A stretch of DNA of 64,000 nt from Macrostomum lignano (taxonomy: Eukaryota). Position 1 is the first letter of the stretch. Each line of letters begins with the position of its first letter. The stretch covers positions 1 through 64,000 of the forward strand of contig NIVC01000190.1 in NCBI GenBank assembly GCA_002269645.1, given 5' to 3'. Positions 61,501-64,000 of the stretch are shown piece after piece. The position numbers were made by a program, and so were the translations under genes. Below the pieces are notes generated by a model, which made no database searches, was not told where the DNA came from, and saw only the letters and a list, made by a program, of their open reading frames with translations.

Positions 61501-62976
61501 CAACTCAAACAGATTTCTCTGTCTGTTTGAGGCTCTGGCTCTCAGAGCCGCTGAGAAAGTTTAGTGCCGAGAATGCTTCAGTTTGTTAGAATGCAATCAG
61601 AACATATTCCTAGAAAGTGAGCTAGTCCAGCATCAAGGCAGAACATCTGGATGTGTAACGAGAGGCTTTTGGAGATTCCTGGCTCAGATTATCGCCTAGA
61701 AGTGCTGTGGAGTAGCTGGTCCACCTAACCTACAGACACAACTCGAACAGATTTCTCTGTCTGTTTGAGGCTCTGGCTCTCAGGTGGTCCACATAACCTA
61801 CAAACACAACTGAAGCAGCTCTCTCAGTCTGTTTGAGGCTTTTGCTCTCCGAAGGTGGTCCGCCTAACCTACAGACACAACTGGAACAGATTTCTGTGTC
61901 TGTTTGATTGTCAGTTAATTTTATTTTCTACCTTTGTAGGAGCCTGTGGTTGATTTTGTTCGCCTGAGCTCGACGAGACTGACTGCGTTTCACCGAGATG
62001 AAGGTTAAAAGGAACTGTAAAAGAAGATTCAAACCACTAATTGACGAGAAATATAGAAAGGTTCATCATAGAGCTGAGCTGACGAAAGCGGATTCGATGG
62101 CCGAGTAGGCTGAAATTCGTGAGAGAGGCAATGACAGATCAATAACAGAAGCGGTCCCGGACCACGGAGGCAGGGAAGGTCCAGGAGAATATTTCGTAGA
62201 AAAAATAAGAAGATTAAGCCATCATATGCGTGAACGAAAATATGAAAGTCGGTAAAATGATTGGCTTATCATATGATTGCTCACCAACTCATTCAGTATA
62301 ATAGGACTGGTATAGTCAAATCATTTTATTTTCAGTTTTAGTAACTTTTGTCGTTTTTAAAAATGCCCTTCAACTTCTTGTAGGCTCGTACTCGGATGAC
62401 CTTTTTTAACTAATGGAATCTTACGTTTGTTAACATGCATTTGAAGCATACAAATTTTGACCTAAATTAGTTTTAATGAGTTTACAGTTAGTATTTGATA
62501 TGATTCGGTATTTATTTTCAAAATGCTTTATTTTCATTCACCTTCTTGTATTCACGCGACGCAACTAACTAATGCGATCGTACATTTGTTTAACCCGATT
62601 AACCCGATTAATAATGCTAAATAAATTGGTTTGAACTTGGGATATTTTCATTAAATGACGTCGTAACCCTTTTATCTGTTCTTTTTGAGAATTTCTGTTT
62701 TAATTAGTTCAAAAGAACAGTTTAAAGCAATAAATTTTCTACAACGAAAGAGGTCTAACTAAACCAACTGTTTTTTGCGGTCCACCTAACCCGGTCCCCA
62801 AAACGTAGTTTGTGAACCACCACAGTTTCCCCGAACTGGCTATTCCGTCAAGTTAACAAAAAGATAACCCTAGCTAGCCTTTCGCGTTGTCAAAACAGAC
62901 TCTATTTTTTAACCGAAATTGCGTGGTCCACGTAACGCATTAACATAACTCAGGTCCCGCTAAACACACAGACAGT
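55562..62976. mobile_element. Probable non-autonomous DNA transposon with terminal inverted repeats, 7.4 kb
   Basis: ACTGTCTGTGTGTTTA at 55562-55577 is the exact reverse complement of TAAACACACAGACAGT at 62961-62976, and imperfect similarity extends about 55 bp inward. A GGTCCAC(G/C)TAA motif recurs subterminally in both orientations. The same (TCTG)n tract lies on both flanks. No target-site duplication or transposase ORF resolved. Confidence 0.62.
57261..61905. repeat. 237-238-bp satellite, about 17 full monomers with recurring ~70-bp variant modules
   Basis: Monomer starts at 57261, 57499, 57737, 57974, 58211, 58448; variant modules at about 58753, 60080, 61168, 61783. Confidence 0.97.
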
Positions 62977-62984
62977 CGTAAGAG

Positions 62985-63024
62985 TGTCTGTCTGTCTGTC
63001 TGTCTTAGTGTCTGTCTGTCTTAG

Positions 63025-63065
<41 letters not shown>

Positions 63066-63068
63066 TAG

Positions 63069-63101
<33 letters not shown>

Positions 63102-63104
63102 TAG

Positions 63105-63145
<41 letters not shown>

Positions 63146-63290
63146 TAGTGTCTATCTGTCTGTCTGTCTTAGTGTCTGTCTGTCTGTCTGTCTTAGTGTC
63201 TGTCTGTCTGTGTCTGTCTGTCCTAGTGTCTGTCTGTCTTAGTGTCTGTCTGTCTCTGTCTGTCTGTCTGTCTGTGTCTGTCTGCCTGTC
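62985..63290. repeat. (TCTG)n compound microsatellite, right flank of the TIR element
   Basis: Carries TTAGTG interruptions. Confidence 0.95.
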
Positions 63291-63749
63291 TGCCTGTTCG
63301 CAACCTCAGCCCTTTCACGCTGATGCTGATAACTAAAGCTATAATTCCCAGGGTTCCTCACCCCGACTCGAAGGTTCCTACTTTCTTCCACTTGTTGGAG
63401 TTGCCGGCCCCAGTGCCAGGCTCTGGCTGTAATTTTTCCCTGCAATTCCCCTCGATTCAGTTGTAATGGTTATAATTAATCAATCTCGTTAGTCAAGTGT
63501 CTTACTATTAATAGGCGGGTCCTGTAAGCCGAGTGGCTGAAGACTGAAGCCAAGTGGGCACTCGACATTGGATTGTTGCAATTACTGAATTAGAAAAGCT
63601 TTAATGGATTTCGCTCTCCTTGCTCAGATCGGCTTTACTTAAAGAAATTGACACTTTCAAAAACTTAATTCAACTGCAGATCTAAGCTTTCAAGCTTCTT
63701 GTTCTAATTTATGAGTAATCAAAAGTTCTCAGTAATATAAATGGATTGT

Positions 63750-63995
63750 TAATCTATCCTTTCAGAATGGATTGCTAGTCTATCCTATCAGAATGGATTG
63801 CTAATCTATCCTTTCAGAATGGATTGCTAGTCTAGTCTATCAGAATGGATTGCTAATCTATCCTATCAGAATGGATTGCTAATCTATCCTTTCAGAATGG
63901 ATTGCTAGTCTAGTCTATCAGAATGGATTGCTAATCTATCCTATCAGAATGGATTGCTAATCTATCCTATCAGAATGGATTGCTAATCTATCCTG
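63750..63995. repeat. 26-bp minisatellite (AATCTATCCTATCAGAATGGATTGCT)
   Basis: Direct reading; runs to the window edge. Confidence 0.93.
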
Positions 63996-64000
63996 CTGAA

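Noticed and set aside
57261-61905. Tandem snRNA, SL RNA, 5S or hammerhead-ribozyme repeat
   Set aside because: No Sm site, Pol III boxes, 5S similarity or CUGANGA...GAAA core recognised on either strand of the monomer.
63505-63560. tRNA A-box-like GCCGAGTGG
   Set aside because: No B-box or cloverleaf follows.

Overview
Eukaryotic (metazoan) genomic DNA with GT-AG spliceosomal introns, GC-rich Gln/Ala-rich exons, AT-rich spacers, and introns filled with tandem repeats. The style suggests a free-living flatworm such as Macrostomum, but this is an inference. Four protein-coding loci can be reconstructed by hand. (1) The 3' part of an Msx/msh homeobox gene (+, exons 1425-1573 and 2537-2703), with a 1-nt deletion in helix 3. 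(2) A single-exon amidated neuropeptide precursor (-, 15621-15983) predicted to release GMFRYamide, QMFRFamide, AYMFRYamide and ALLamide. (3) A complete 12-exon LMO7/LIMCH1-family gene (-, 34746 to 21425, about 1034 aa; CH + DUF4757 + LIM, no PDZ found). (4) A head-to-head PLC-like gene of the PLCL/PRIP family (+, 13 phase-consistent exons 36710-53418, 3' end not found in the window). It keeps both catalytic His residues but has lost the Arg549 and Tyr551 substrate-binding equivalents. Mobile DNA includes a CORE-type SINE (about 14985-15215) and a 7.4-kb element with terminal inverted repeats (55562-62976) that sits in a (TCTG)n tract and carries a 238-bp satellite built from its own subterminal motif. 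About 40 different micro- and minisatellites are present, and most long ORFs in the ORF track are translations of these repeats.
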